Part shown: in pieces, positions 1-11,120 of the stretch | Numbering within the stretch: position 1 is the stretch's first letter | How the letters are laid out: each line of letters begins with the position of its first letter | Source: Gekko japonicus | Taxonomy: Eukaryota | Length of the DNA: 51,029 nt | Assembly: GCF_001447785.1 (NCBI RefSeq) | Contig: NW_015164196.1 | Span: 937,558-988,586, forward strand | Direction of reading: 5' to 3' | Program-made: the position numbers and the translations under genes | The notes under the pieces: model-generated | What the model saw: only the letters and a program-made list of their open reading frames with translations | What the model was told of the DNA's origin: nothing | Database searches by the model: none

Positions 1-719
1 AAAGAGAGGAGGGCTTACATCTTCCAGCTGGCTGCACTATTTTACTGACATGAATTTGAACCCAATCCCTGCATACCTGAGTATAGATTAACTCCAAAAC
101 ACATCTGACCTGCAGATAGATCCAAGAATTAAAAGTCCAATTTGCCACAATGGCCTGTGATGTCACTGGATCCTCCCTATGATGTCATTGGGTCCCAGTT
201 CTTTAAATGACTTAGCAATGCCTCTGGCCCAGCCCCAGCCCCCAGGAAACTGGAAAGTCTACGCCCTTGCCTGGGATGGAACCTGCATGCAAAGCAAATG
301 CTCTACCACTGACCCACTTTGAACCAATTGCCGAAGCAGAGGGGCTACCAGAGAAGTGCTTTTAGGGCTGGTGAAAGGCGTTCATGGCAATAAGCACCTG
401 CCAGAAGTTACGCTGCTGTGTTTTGTACCAGTTTCCATTCCCAAAGGCATGCCCATGTGCAGCGCATTGCAGTAGGGCCAGTGGTCCACCTAGCTCAGTA
501 TTGCGTCTCCTGCTGATTATGGCTGCCAGGAAGGAGGAGGCCTTTCCAAACACTCCCTCCCAGTAACGTCAAATACTGAACCTGAGACCTTCCATATGCA
601 CTTGAGCACAGAACTCCCCCCCTCCTCCCGGCAGTGTGAAAGCCAATGCCGGAAAAGCTGTTGAAAAGCAAGGAACGTGACAGGCAGAGAAAGATCTCTG
701 CAGGGCAGGGGGCAAGTGT

Positions 720-924
720 TAGGCTTGCCACCCTCCAGGTTGTAGCTGGAAATGTTCCGCTACTATTACCACTGATCTCCAAGCCACAGAGGTCAGTTCC
801 CCTGTAGAAAATGGCCGCTGTGGAAGGTGGACTCTGTGGCATTACACCCCACTGCCTGCCACCCTCCTCAGGCTCCATCTCCAAAATCTTTGGGTATTTC
901 TCAAACCTGGAGCCAGCAACCCTA
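720..924. mobile_element. Non-autonomous hAT-like MITE (TAGGGTTGCCA-type termini)
   Basis: Starts TAGGCTTGCCA, ends CAGCAACCCTA; degenerate 8-bp flanks GCAAGTGT/GTAAGCGG; internally similar to 6477-6679. Confidence 0.7.
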
Positions 925-1221
925 GTAAGCGGTGTGATTATTCGAGAATTACAAATATATGCATTGTTGTTTCTGTTTGGGAAACATTAAAAAGGTGTGC
1001 TTCTCTAGCCAAGAGAGTACCTACCGGGTCCGGAGACACCGTGCACAAACCCCAGCACACTCTCGTTCTCTGCATCCCCAATCTTGGGAAGTTTGGTGAA
1101 GTCCATAGCTTCAGGAGGTCAGTTGGGGCTGTTGGAGCAATCACGATGCATACAATATCTATATCGAAAGGAAATATAAAACGAACAACAAAAAAAAAAA
1201 GAATGGAGAAAACATGAGTGG

Positions 1222-1410
1222 GGAACTGTATGTGGTTTAGTGGCTAAAGCACTGGAGGAGGATCTGGGAGTCCCAGGTTCGAATCCCCACTCTTACAGAG
1301 GAGCTCGGAGGATGACCTTGGGCCAGTCATGCACTCTAGGCCCAACTTACTTCACAAGATCATTGTGAAGATAAAATGGAGGACAGAAGAATGATGGAAG
1401 CATCTCTGAG
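1222..1410 (+). mobile_element. tRNA-derived SINE (Squam3/MIR-like), degenerate
   Basis: A-box-like TGGTTTAGTGG, B-box GGTTCGAATCC, core TGACCTTGGGCCAGTCA; boundaries approximate. Confidence 0.7.
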
Positions 1411-1419
1411 GAGAAGTTG

Positions 1420-1850
1420 TGTTTTTATACACGGCTTTTCTCTGCCTTAGGGAATCTCCAAGGGGCTTACAATCGCCTTTCCCTTCCTCTACCCACAAAA
1501 GGCACCTTGTGAGGTAGGCGGGACTGAGAGAGTGGTGACAGAATGAGAGAACATTGACCGGGCCAAGGTCACCCAGCAGGCTGTATATTGCCCTTATGTA
1601 TATTGCCCTTCACTTGGAGTCTCAGAGCAGCTTACAAACTCCTCTCCCTTCCCCTCCCCACAACAGACACCCTGTGAGGTAGGTGGGGCTGAGAGAACTC
1701 TGACACAAACTGCTCTTTCTCAAGGACAGCTGTGCCAGAGCTTGTGACTGACCCAAGGTCACCCAGCAGCTGCAAGTGGAGGAGTGGGGAATCAAACCCG
1801 GTTCTCCCAGTTCAGAGTCCGCACACTTAACCACTACACCAAACTGGCTC
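1420..1850 (-). mobile_element. Squam3-like SINEs (one partial, one near full-length ~1600-1850)
   Basis: Minus strand reads GAGCCAGTTTGGTGTAGTGGTTAAGTGTGCGGACTC...GGTTTGATTCCCCACTCCTCC...GGGTGACCTTGGG; closely similar to 16108-16388. Confidence 0.8.
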
Positions 1851-1884
1851 TGAGTGGGGAACCAAACCCAGTTTTCTAGATCAG

Positions 1885-2048
1885 AGTCTGCTGCTCGTAA
1901 CCACTACATCTTACTGGCTCTCACTGCGGAGGGAAGTGAGCTATAAATAAAGTAAACAAGCAAATAAGAGTCTGCTGCTCTTAACTACTACACCTTACTG
2001 GCTCTCACTGTGGAGGGAAGTAAGCTATAAATAAAGTAAACAAGCAAA
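1885..2048. repeat. ~83-bp tandem duplication
   Basis: AGAGTCTGCTGCTC...CTTACTGGCTCTCACTG...GCTATAAATAAAGTAAACAAGCAAAT occurs twice head-to-tail. Confidence 0.85.
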
Positions 2049-2311
2049 TGAATAAATAAAAACCCTGCTGCCCTGAGTTCCTTGGAGGAAGGGTGGGATT
2101 AAAATGTACAAGTGGATAGATTCCCACAGAGGCAGCTGGTCACACACCTTCCCATCAGTTTGTAGAATTCAGCTGGTGAGTCACAGCAGATAGCTGGGCC
2201 AGGGCCTTTGGTATTTTTCGATCGTATTTTTTTATCCCAGTCATCCTCCAAGTAGCTCAGGGCAATATACACAATTTTCTGTTAGCAACCATCCTATGAA
2301 ATGGGTTAGAC

Positions 2312-2831
2312 TAGGGATCAGCAAACTTTTATAATTAAAGAGCTACTACATCAACATTTAGAACAAGTGACTGAGAGAGAACCAGCAGGAGAAAGACCAT
2401 ATGTATAACTTAAAAATCAATAACTGTACATTAAAATAGATAACTTTACATTAGTGATTTCCGCATCCCAAACACTAGTTGTCGTAAGTCTTTTATTAGG
2501 AGGCGCCACACATGAGATCTCACACTAAGTCCTCAATGTACACAGGAACACCCCTGTGCGGTTGTCTGTGCATGGTTCTCACTGGGATCATTACTGGTAC
2601 CTGTTCACCTCTTTCATAGCATCTGCTGTTAAGCGTCTCTAAAAAAAACACCCCTCAGACCCATAAAAATCTTTGCCTGCCATTCCCACCGCACACTGGT
2701 TCTTCTGGGATGCCACCACCTTCCCCTCCAACTTATCTTGACTTAAATATTTCATTTTCCCCTTTAAAGAGCCATTGTTGGCTCTGAACTGAGCTACGTT
2801 TGGCTCTAGGGCCATAGGTGGCAGAAACCTG
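2312..2831. mobile_element. Non-autonomous hAT element inserted in a SINE
   Basis: Imperfect TIRs TAGGGATCAGCAAAC / GGTGGCAGAAACCTG; perfect 8-bp TSD GGTTAGAC (2304-2311, 2832-2839). Confidence 0.75.
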
Positions 2832-3093
2832 GGTTAGACTGGGAGGGAGTAATTGGCCCAAGGTCAGCCAGCGGTTGCTCACAAGACTCCACAGCTTAGA
2901 GGGAACATTGCCGCACACTGGTTCTTCTGGGATGCCACCTTCCCCTCCAACTCATCTTGACTTAAATATTTCATTTTCCCCTTTAAAGAGCCATTGTTGG
3001 CTCTGAACTGAGCTACATTTGGCTCTAGGGCCATAGGTGGCAGAAACCTGGGTTAGACTGGGAGGGAGTAATTGGCCCAAGGTCAGCCAGCGG
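2689..3093. repeat. Near-perfect ~185-bp direct duplication (2689-2874, 2911-3093) separated by a 36-bp MITE terminus
   Basis: Copies differ by one 3-nt indel and 2 substitutions; spacer 2875-2910 matches the end of the CAGTGTTCCCTCTAAG MITE family. Confidence 0.92.
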
Positions 3094-3259
3094 GCTTCGT
3101 GGCTGAGTATAGATATGAACCTAGAAAAGTCAGATGCTCTAATGGCTATAAGCATGATGGCTTTCAAAGGGGATCAGACTCATCAGATTCACCCACCTCT
3201 TACAGATCCGGATTCTAGAGACTCTGGGGACTTTGCTTCCATTGAAGAAGCCGAGCCGA

Positions 3260-3855
3260 GCCCAGATCTCGTCAGAGCATGGAAACGAAGCAGGGTCCAG
3301 TCTGGGTTAGTACTTGGAAGCAGTGTTCCCTCTAAGCCAAGTTAGTGTGAGCTAGCTCACAGTTTTTTAGCCTCCAGCTCACACATATTTATTTATATTA
3401 TTTATTTCTTCGACTTGCTACCCCGCTCTAACCCCCGAAGGGGTCTCTGAGCGGCTACAGTTATTCATTATCCCTAACCTATGGCCACAATTCTTAGGGG
3501 TGGGGACATCTCATTTGTACCCCGCCCTCCCTGCAAAGCAGGCTCAGGGCGGCTCACAACCAATGCATAAGTACAATTAAAACAACATAAAATCATCTAA
3601 AACAATTCAGTTATAACTAATACAAGTTCAGGAAGGATGCAGTAGCCAAATCGCTCGCTCACAGCTTTAATGCCAGTAGCTCACAAAGTAGAATTTTTGC
3701 TCACACGATTCCACAGCTTAGAGGGAGCATTGCCCTTGGAAGTTGCTGGTGTGCAGAGGAAGGCGATGGATGGGAAACCACCTCTGCTCATCTCTTACCT
3801 GGGAAACCCCGTGGTCCTGGGGTCACCACAAGTCAATTGCTACTCGATTGCACAC
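3260..3855 (+). mobile_element. 5S rRNA-headed Sauria-type SINE interrupted by a hAT MITE (3321-3732), itself interrupted by SINE-tail fragments
   Basis: 5S-like GATCTCGTCAGA...AAGCAGGGTC...GGTTAGTACTTGGA before the MITE; Sauria/BovB-like tail AAACCACCTCTG...GGGGTCACCACAAGTC after; MITE ends CAGTGTTCCCTCTAAG / CTTAGAGGGAGCATTG. Confidence 0.72.
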
Positions 3856-5333
3856 AATGACTATTATTCAGGTGAACCACACCTTAGGTTTGCCAACTTA
3901 ATTTTTGATAAACTTTAAAACTGCCTGGAAAGCTGTTCTTGGCAAGGCATCAGCAGAAGGCAAGCTTTATGGGGTGAATTTCTGCAGCTATTAAAGGCAG
4001 AGGAGCCAAGCCAGGGGGAAAAAAAATCTTAGCAATCCTGTTCAAAATGTGTTCTTATAACCTCTCCCTCCCCTCATTTCTGCATGCCAAGCCTTACCCT
4101 CTGGAAGTGCGATGCCCAAGAGTAACAGGAAGCCCTCCTTGTGAGTGAATCCTCCGCCTGTCCCGCTCCTTCTGCCCTGGAGAGTTCAGCAAAAAAAACT
4201 TGTTGGGGTGGCGGCTCAGCCTTTGAGGAGGGGGAGGAGGTTATTATACAGCCAAAGTGGCAGAGAAAACAGGTACGGCATGGCTACCTTCTGCCCTGGA
4301 ACTAGCTTCAACCTGATGGTGCCACAGAGAGCTCAATAGGAGCTGGAGGTCATTGGAAGAGCAAAGCCTTCAGAAGGAACAGCAAACAGCCATTCTGTTT
4401 ACTGTCAACAGTTTGGCCTCCTCCTTCCTTGTACTTGGGACAGGATCCTGGTACCATAAACAGTTTGCTCGAAAGGCAGAAACTCCACTTGCACAGCTTC
4501 ATAAGCTGCCCCTATTGGGGAATTTGTATTTTATATATTTATGTCCTTCAACAGGCAATGTCCCAGTTTTTGCCTTTTGAAGATGCCTTGGTAAAATGTT
4601 TTGAGTGCGAATTCTGAGCATGTAAGACAAAACACCTCTGTCCCTGATTGTGTTTCCCCAGGCCAGTTTGAGAAAACACACAAAAGCAGTCCTGTAGAGT
4701 TGGAAACCAAAAAAATAATGTATTAATTAATAAGGAAGAATACAGATTCAAGGGTTTTGGAACCTTGAATACCCAACAGATTCTTCAAATGTTACAATGG
4801 GTGAAATAGCATTTTATACTTCACATTACATCAGAGAAATAAAACAGAATTATTGGTTCCATCAAACATTGTCAAATTTCATCACCTATTTCCCATTGGG
4901 TTAAGACCGGGGTGGGGGGGGCTGTTCCCAGGCAGAGTTCTTCTTTTCCTAACAGAACAATACACTTTTCTTTCGGAAGCTATGAAGTTGCATGTTGTAT
5001 CTATATAACTGATATGGTTACAGAGTGCTTACTGTTCTTCATTCTAGCTAGGTTAACTCACATTAGAAACATGCGCAGTTGTAGCTGGCCAGAACAAGCA
5101 AGGTCGTGGGTAGCATAACTGTGTATCAGCATTTCAGCCTTCTTCCCAGCATGCATTCAAACAACAGTCACAAATGAACCAAAGTTAATACCTGAATACA
5201 TTCATGATGTCAGAAACATATGCATTATGGAAGTGCTAAGCACACCTACCAAGTCAAACCTGTTAGGCAATGGCAGAGTACAAAGTGGTTCATAAAATGT
5301 GCGTACAACACTAAATGTCCCACACTGCCATGA

Positions 5334-5525
5334 AGCTTGCTGGGTAACCTTGGACCACTCGATGTTTCCCAGCCTGAATTTGAAGCTTGCTGGGTAACCT
5401 TGGACCACTTGATGTTTCTCAGCCTGACTTGTTGTTGTGAGAATAAAATGGAGGAGGGGAAACAGATGTATGCTGTCCGTGAAGGAAGGGTGAGATGAAA
5501 AGGTACTAAATACATAAATAAAGGG
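5334..5525 (+). mobile_element. SINE fragment with internal 47-bp tandem duplication
   Basis: AGCTTGCTGGGTAACCTTGGACCACTYGATGTTTCYCAGCCTGA twice, then SINE tail ATAAAATGGAGG...ATAAATAAA. Confidence 0.65.
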
Positions 5526-6132
5526 GAGCCTGTACGTCCCTGAGGCATGGGTCTGTGATTTTAATTTTAGATTGTGATCTTGCCTGGTCTATTTGAGACC
5601 TATTTACAGCTGGCAAGAATTTTATTCTCTAGGCCAACCAGCAGAAGAGAAAGATTGGAAAATCGACAAAGGAGATGTGTATGTGTCCACATTTGCTGTT
5701 TTAGAAGTTCTTCAGTTGTTATAATGCCTCCTGAGGAGAACACTACAAACATGTTTAGGGGCACTTCTTGCCCTAATATCATTAAAAAAAAAAATTCCTT
5801 ATCAGAAGCAGAAAGAACTCTGCACAAGCTCAGGGACATGATTTGTGGTGCAAGGTTTTTTAGAGCCAACCCTCCCCCCTGCTTGCTATTATATCTTCCA
5901 TCTGCCTCCCTGCCACCCCTCTTCAACCTCTGCTGTTGCCGCTTATTATTCCTCTGCCTGCTTCAAATGCTTTCTGGATTCCTCGTGATGCTACTATGCT
6001 GGTCATAACCCAACCCTCCACCCCTGAGTTATTTATGCTCCTGCAAACTTTACCACACCAAGCAAATGCTTTCTGGCAGGGCCTGCGTTTCTCTGTAGCA
6101 GCAAGAATCCGTCATCAAGACACACCAGTGTG

Positions 6133-6197
6133 GTTGCTATGGGCTCCCGGTTGCCAAGTAACCAGGTTCTGCAGTGGTTTCCTCGCTTAAGGTAGGC
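6133..6197 (+). promoter_or_regulatory. KLHDC9: RFX X-box motifs followed by a 5' splice site; candidate KLHDC9 promoter/non-coding exon 1
   Basis: GTTGCCAAGTAAC (6150-6162) fits GTNRCC-N(0-3)-RGYAAC; half-site GTTGCTATGG at 6133; donor AAG|GTAGGC at 6191/6192. Confidence 0.45.
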
Positions 6198-6476
6198 CTG
6201 ATTTACTGTTTTTAATCTTTAGAACTCAAAAAAGCCACACGCCATTCTGGTTTGGGGCAACATTTCCACAACACAGCTGGAAACAAAAATATGACAGGAT
6301 AGGCTCAGCGCAAGTTGGTAGATAATGCAATCAGTGCTGGCAAACTGGCTGGATGTGGGTCCAGCCTAGAATACATAGCTCTTGCAGGAAAAAAAGAACC
6401 CTTTAAAAACCAGAAATAGATATATGAAACCCTAAGGTTTGGTAGCAGTGTCGTTCCAAATGCAAGATGGGGGACA

Positions 6477-6679
6477 TAGCGATGCCAGCCTCCAGGTGGG
6501 ACCTGGGGATCCCCCCAAAATTACAGCTCATCTCCAGACTAAAGAGATCAGTTCCCCCAGAGAAAATTGATGCTTTGGAGGGTGGTTTCTATGGCATTGT
6601 ACCCTGCTGAGGTCCCTGTCCTCCCCAGGCTCCATCCCCAAATCTCCAGGAGTTTTCTAACCTGGATGTGGCAACGCTA
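6477..6679. mobile_element. hAT-like MITE (TAGGGTTGCCA family)
   Basis: Termini TAGCGATGCCA / TGGCAACGCTA; homologous to 720-924. Confidence 0.7.
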
Positions 6680-6888
6680 TGCCTCCCATCCCCCAACAGT
6701 GGCCAGGGGCGCCTGGCAAAACACGGTGGAGGTAAACAACAGAGGAAGACCTTGCTTGTGGGACTCCTGGAGGATGAAGCCTTGGCTGGCAGGCCTACTG
6801 CTACCAATCTTTGTCCCCTACTGCAGCTTGATAGGGTGGCAGGGGTAAAATGGGAGGGATGCAGTGGCATTCCACAGTGCTATAACGT

Positions 6889-7216
6889 TAGGGTTGCCAA
6901 GTGCTTTTTTAGCCGCAGCAGGGGACTCCCAGCTGCTGGATGGAGTGCGCGCACACACGCCACATGCACGTCACCCAGAAGTGACGTGACGCCGCCGGGC
7001 ATGCTGGGGGCGGGGCCAGCCCATCTGAGGGAAAAACATAGAGTTTTCCCTCGGATGACCGTGGCCCTGTCCCCAGCGTGCCCAGCATGGTCACGTCACT
7101 TCCGAGTGACGTGCACATCGGGGTGGGGTTCCCCCTGGGGCCCGATCCGGCAGCGGCAGGGAACGGGCCTCTGTGGCTGGGGTTTCCCCGCCCCCCGGGG
7201 GGACTTGGCAAGCCTA
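6889..7216. mobile_element. Young CpG-rich hAT MITE
   Basis: 14-bp TIRs TAGGGTTGCCAAGT / ACTTGGCAAGCCTA (1 mismatch); perfect 8-bp TSD TATAACGT (6881-6888, 7217-7224); internal inverted repeat. Confidence 0.9.
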
Positions 7217-7469
7217 TATAACGTTCACTTCAGGCTGAGTAACGGAAAGTGATGTCACCGTGTAATGGGATGCTCTAGTGTTATATTGAACTCTATGGTT
7301 TCAGGTGAATCCTAGATTGTCCCATGGCATGTTGATGTCACTTCCGCTTACACAGCCAGAAGTGATATTGCCACGCCATTTGGGTGACACTCACCCCTCC
7401 AGTCTCCAGAGGGAGTGACCACTCTTGAGAGCGGATAGTCTGATCGTGGTAGACATACTTAGATCCACA

Positions 7470-8000
7470 AAGGCTGCGGTCACACGGAGCATTAGACACG
7501 CTACAGAGACGGACGATAGGCGGATTTTCCGGGCGCGATCACAGCGCCACATCTGGGAAGCGTAGAGCTCCCGTGGCGAACCCGAGGCTTCCCGCCGAAG
7601 ATGCGGGGTAAAAAACTAGTACCTCTGAGGTACTAGTTTCTGGAAACCGCTCCACGGGATGCGCACAAGCACCCAACGGCGCATGCGCAAACTTTGTTTA
7701 AAAACAAACAACGCAGCCCCCTCTTTTCCGTACCCCCCCACTCCTGGCTCGGCCTGCTCTAGAGGAACTCTCTGCACCGGGCGGCAAAGGGGGAGGTGTA
7801 GGGGGGGGTGTGGCGGGAGGGCGGCCCGGCTGAAGCTCCTCCTGGAGGGGACCGGATGGAGGATACAGTTTGCATTCCTCTGGAGCCCTGGAAGGGATTA
7901 AACCCGCAGAGGCTTTTGCTAGAGAGGCCGCTTCTTTGCCGCGCCGCAGGATTGTCCTGTGATCGGCACCTCCCCCTTAACCACGGGACCTCGACGGGAC
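7470..8000. promoter_or_regulatory. CpG-rich segment with NRF1-like site and perfect palindrome (promoter and/or young TE)
   Basis: Dense CpG; GCGCATGCGCA at 7679-7689; AAACTAGTACCTC-T-GAGGTACTAGTTT at 7613-7639; ~500 bp upstream of the KLHDC9 acceptor. Confidence 0.4.
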
Positions 8001-8502
8001 AAGGACTGTATATCAGTATTGAAGTATTTTATGGTTACATATTTTATTCTGTTGTGTTGATTTTATATGCTTAAGACATCTGGTTGAAAGAGCTTATTAG
8101 TGAAAGGACCAAAATGGGGGAGGAAAAGCACTTGTTGGTTTTGAAAATGGCAGACGAGGATATTGCAGAATAAATGAAAACAATTTGTGAAGGGGAGGGC
8201 ACTCTGGCAGTGGTTTTTTGAGATGAGAACCGAAGTGTTGCAAGCATGTCCCTGCTTTGTGAAAGAAGCGTTTTACTTTGTCCTGGCTTTTGTCCTGACG
8301 TTTAACATCCAATCTGAAGAAGCTTTCTAGTGAGTCTGAAAGCTTGCTCATTCCTTTGTGAATTTCCACATTGCCATAAGAAAAGTATTTCTGCAAATGT
8401 ACATTCTCATGGACTCACAATGCCCCCACAGTTCTTGTGGTTGATTTCAATCCAGTTTGCCGTCTACCTTTGTACTTCTGCCTCCTGCAGGTCAGACCTG
8501 GT

Positions 8503-9014
8503 ATGACGGCTGCCGGCAGCAACTGGAAGTGGAATCCAGTTGTGCGCAGTGACCTCGTAGCACGGGGTTTCCATTCATGCAATGTGCTGCGAGGGAAGCT
8601 CCTCATCTTTGGTGGCCTGAAGTCACCAGACACCACCCAGGAGCCACCCCTGGGGGATGTGGTGGCTTTTGACCCAGCTCTCCAGACCGTTCAAACAATC
8701 ACTCCTGAATGCGGCTACCGGCGCAGCCACCACGAGGCTGTGGTCCTGGCTGATCGTTGGCTGTGCGTGGTGGGAGGCTGGGATGGCTCCCGAAGGGTCT
8801 CAGATGTGTGTGGCTTTGACTCTGAGCAGGCGCAGTGGGAACGCTGGACCGAGGGATCCTCCAACGAGTCTCCCGTGGGGCTGAGCAGCCACACCTGTAC
8901 CAAGCTATCGGACCATGAGGTGCGGGTGGTGGGCCGTGAAGGTGGGCTGCGTACGCAGAGGCGCTATGCCAGCATCTACACATTACATATCAACCCTGCA
9001 ACCAAGACTTACCG
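8503..9014 (+). CDS. KLHDC9: Kelch domain-containing protein 9, coding exon 1
   Basis: Acceptor CCTGCAG|G at 8490/8491, ATG 8503; MTAAGSNWKW...ARGFHSC...LIFGG...VVGGWDGSRR...GLSSHTC...GREGGLRTQRRY kelch motifs; donor GTATGT at 9015 (phase 2). Confidence 0.93.
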
Positions 9015-9214
9015 GTATGTCATGTATTTATTTATAAGCCATGTATCCTGCTTCTCTATAAAGCATACCCAAGCCTGCTTATGAGATGAGTGATAATAGT
9101 GTAATCTGAAACCAATGAAATCACTCTCCAATAATAAACCTGCAGCTGCCTGGGGCGGGGGTGATGGAAGTTAAGCCGGTTTACGCATCTTTGTAACATC
9201 ACTCTACTTGCTAG

Positions 9215-9383
9215 GTACAGAGAAGAAGAATCTCGCACAGCCTCACGCGCTGGCCACTCTGCAATGCTGCTGCGCGAGACCAGCTCCAGTGGAAAGAGCA
9301 GCGGATACAAGCTTGTGGTGTTTGGCGGACGTGACTCTGCTGACTTTGACGTGGCTGGACACTGGGGAAAGGGGAAAATCCAT
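9215..9383 (+). CDS. KLHDC9: KLHDC9 coding exon 2
   Basis: CTAG| acceptor; YREEESRTASRAGHSA...VVFGGRDS...VAGHWGKGKIH; donor GTGAGT. Confidence 0.93.
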
Positions 9384-9599
9384 GTGAGTACATGCATACG
9401 GAGGTGGGGTCCTGGATATGGCCAGCGCAAAGATTTGGCTCGAGCAGACAACCTTGGGTGCAAGAAGCTAATTCAGATGGGAAAAGTGAGGTGGCTCCCC
9501 ATAGAAACTCTCACTTCCCACCCCAAACAAGTCTTCCCAGCTGGCTGTCGCCTGCAGCACTCTGGGAAGAGCTACAAGGTGACAGCTCCTACCCCACGG

Positions 9600-9960
9600 T
9601 AGGAACAGGAGTTGTAAAAGGAAATGCTTCTTTACAGAGACAGTGATGAAAACTTACTGGAATTTGCTGCCTGAGGATGTAGTGGTGGGCACAGGCATAG
9701 ACGACTTTAAAAGGGGATTAGATAGATGCATGGAGGATAGGTCTATCAATGGCTACTAGCCATGGTGACTAAAGGGAACCTCCGTGTTCAGAGGCACTAA
9801 AACCTCTGAATCCCAGGGCCAGGAGGTAACATCAGGGGAAAGCCTTGGCCTCTATGCCCTGTTGTTGGCCTTCCAGGGGAACTGGTTGGCCGCTGTGAGA
9901 AACAGGATGCTGGATTATGTGGACCACTGGTCTGATCCAGCAGGGCTCTTCTGATGTCTT
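9600..9960 (+). mobile_element. CR1 LINE 3' fragment
   Basis: GAATTTGCTGCC...TTTAAAAGGGGATTAGATAGATGCATGGAGGATAGGTCTATCAATGGCTACTAG typical of the squamate CR1 ORF2 end and 3' UTR. Confidence 0.8.
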
Positions 9961-10752
9961 GGTGATAACAGGAATCAACTTGGTAAGTTGGAGGCCTTGA
10001 CATGAGAAAGCTGAAGCCACATTTCTGGCTGGTGGTAGTGTACCCATGAATATTTCTTAGGAATAAGGTTGCTGGTAAGACCCGTTTTCATGCCAGCAAT
10101 CACTGCCTCTGCTTTGTCTTCTATGTGCCATATCCATTTAATGTTAACGTCTTCCACTGACTTAAGACCCTGGAGGATTTTTCTAAAGAAGTAGACATCA
10201 TTGCTTTATAATTTCAAAACAGACCTGAGCCGTTGTGGAGTATGAATTGGCAGGTGATGCATTGCAGGACACTTCTGTGTCCATGCATATTCCTTGAAGT
10301 CAGAGATGATGAATCCATTCCACTCTCGTGATTCAGAGACCTTCTGAGGGAACTGACCCCTGAAAAATGACTATGTCAGCAGTGCATGCTGACAAGACAA
10401 AAACAAGGACAAAAAGAGACAATCCCATATCAAGGGCAAATACTAGAAAACAGGCACTATCCCTGATCAACATATGTAGCAGTTCAAATGAATATGTGTG
10501 GGTCTGTCTTTCTTTTAAACATAACTTTAAAAGTATGGTTGCTACTCTTTGGTCTCAAGCCTCCCTAGCTCCCTGAGGACCTCCTCTAGCAATTCCCCCA
10601 TCCTATTTCTTTCAACCCACTTGGCTTCTGTTTCAGCTACACCTGCTGGTAGCCCCCTGCCTTTAGTGCTATGAAAGTCTATAATCCTAAAGGAGTCCCT
10701 CCAGTTCTGTAGCAGCCTCCTCATAAGTTTCCCACCCCATTTTCCTCCCCAG

Positions 10753-10951
10753 GTTGATTCTGTCCACGCTCCTGAGCTGACGGAGCAGATCAGTTGTTTG
10801 GTCAGCACCGAAAAGGGATCCCGGCAGGCACCCAAAGGCTTGCGGCACCAGTCCTGCACCATGGTAGGGCCTTTTGCCATCATCTTTGGAGGGGAGACGT
10901 TATCCAGAGGCAGGGATGCCGTTTGCAACGACCTCTACGTCCATGATACAC
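10753..10951 (+). CDS. KLHDC9: KLHDC9 coding exon 3
   Basis: CCCCAG| acceptor; VDSVHAPEL...PKGLRHQSCTMVGPFAIIFGGETLSRGRDAVCNDLYVHDT; donor GTAAGG (phase 1). Confidence 0.95.
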
Positions 10952-10984
10952 GTAAGGGAGGGTTTCTTCTTTGAAGTTGACTTA

Positions 10985-11120
10985 TACTGAAACAAACTGT
11001 AGGTCGATCAGTAGCATCTACTCAGACTCGCAGCAGCTCTCCAGGGTCTCACGTAGAGGTCTTTTCCATCACTTACTACCTGATTCCTTTTTAACTGGAG
11101 ATTAACCAGGGATCTTCTGC
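10985..11120 (-). mobile_element. tRNA-derived SINE fragment (Squam2-like)
   Basis: Reverse complement resembles 30565-30770. Confidence 0.6.

Noticed and set aside
1-6100. NECTIN4 exon expected from synteny
   Set aside because: No signal-peptide or Ig-domain exon could be recognised; not annotated.
6668-7252. 194-aa ORF
   Set aside because: Runs through nested GC-rich MITEs; no recognisable domain or splice structure.
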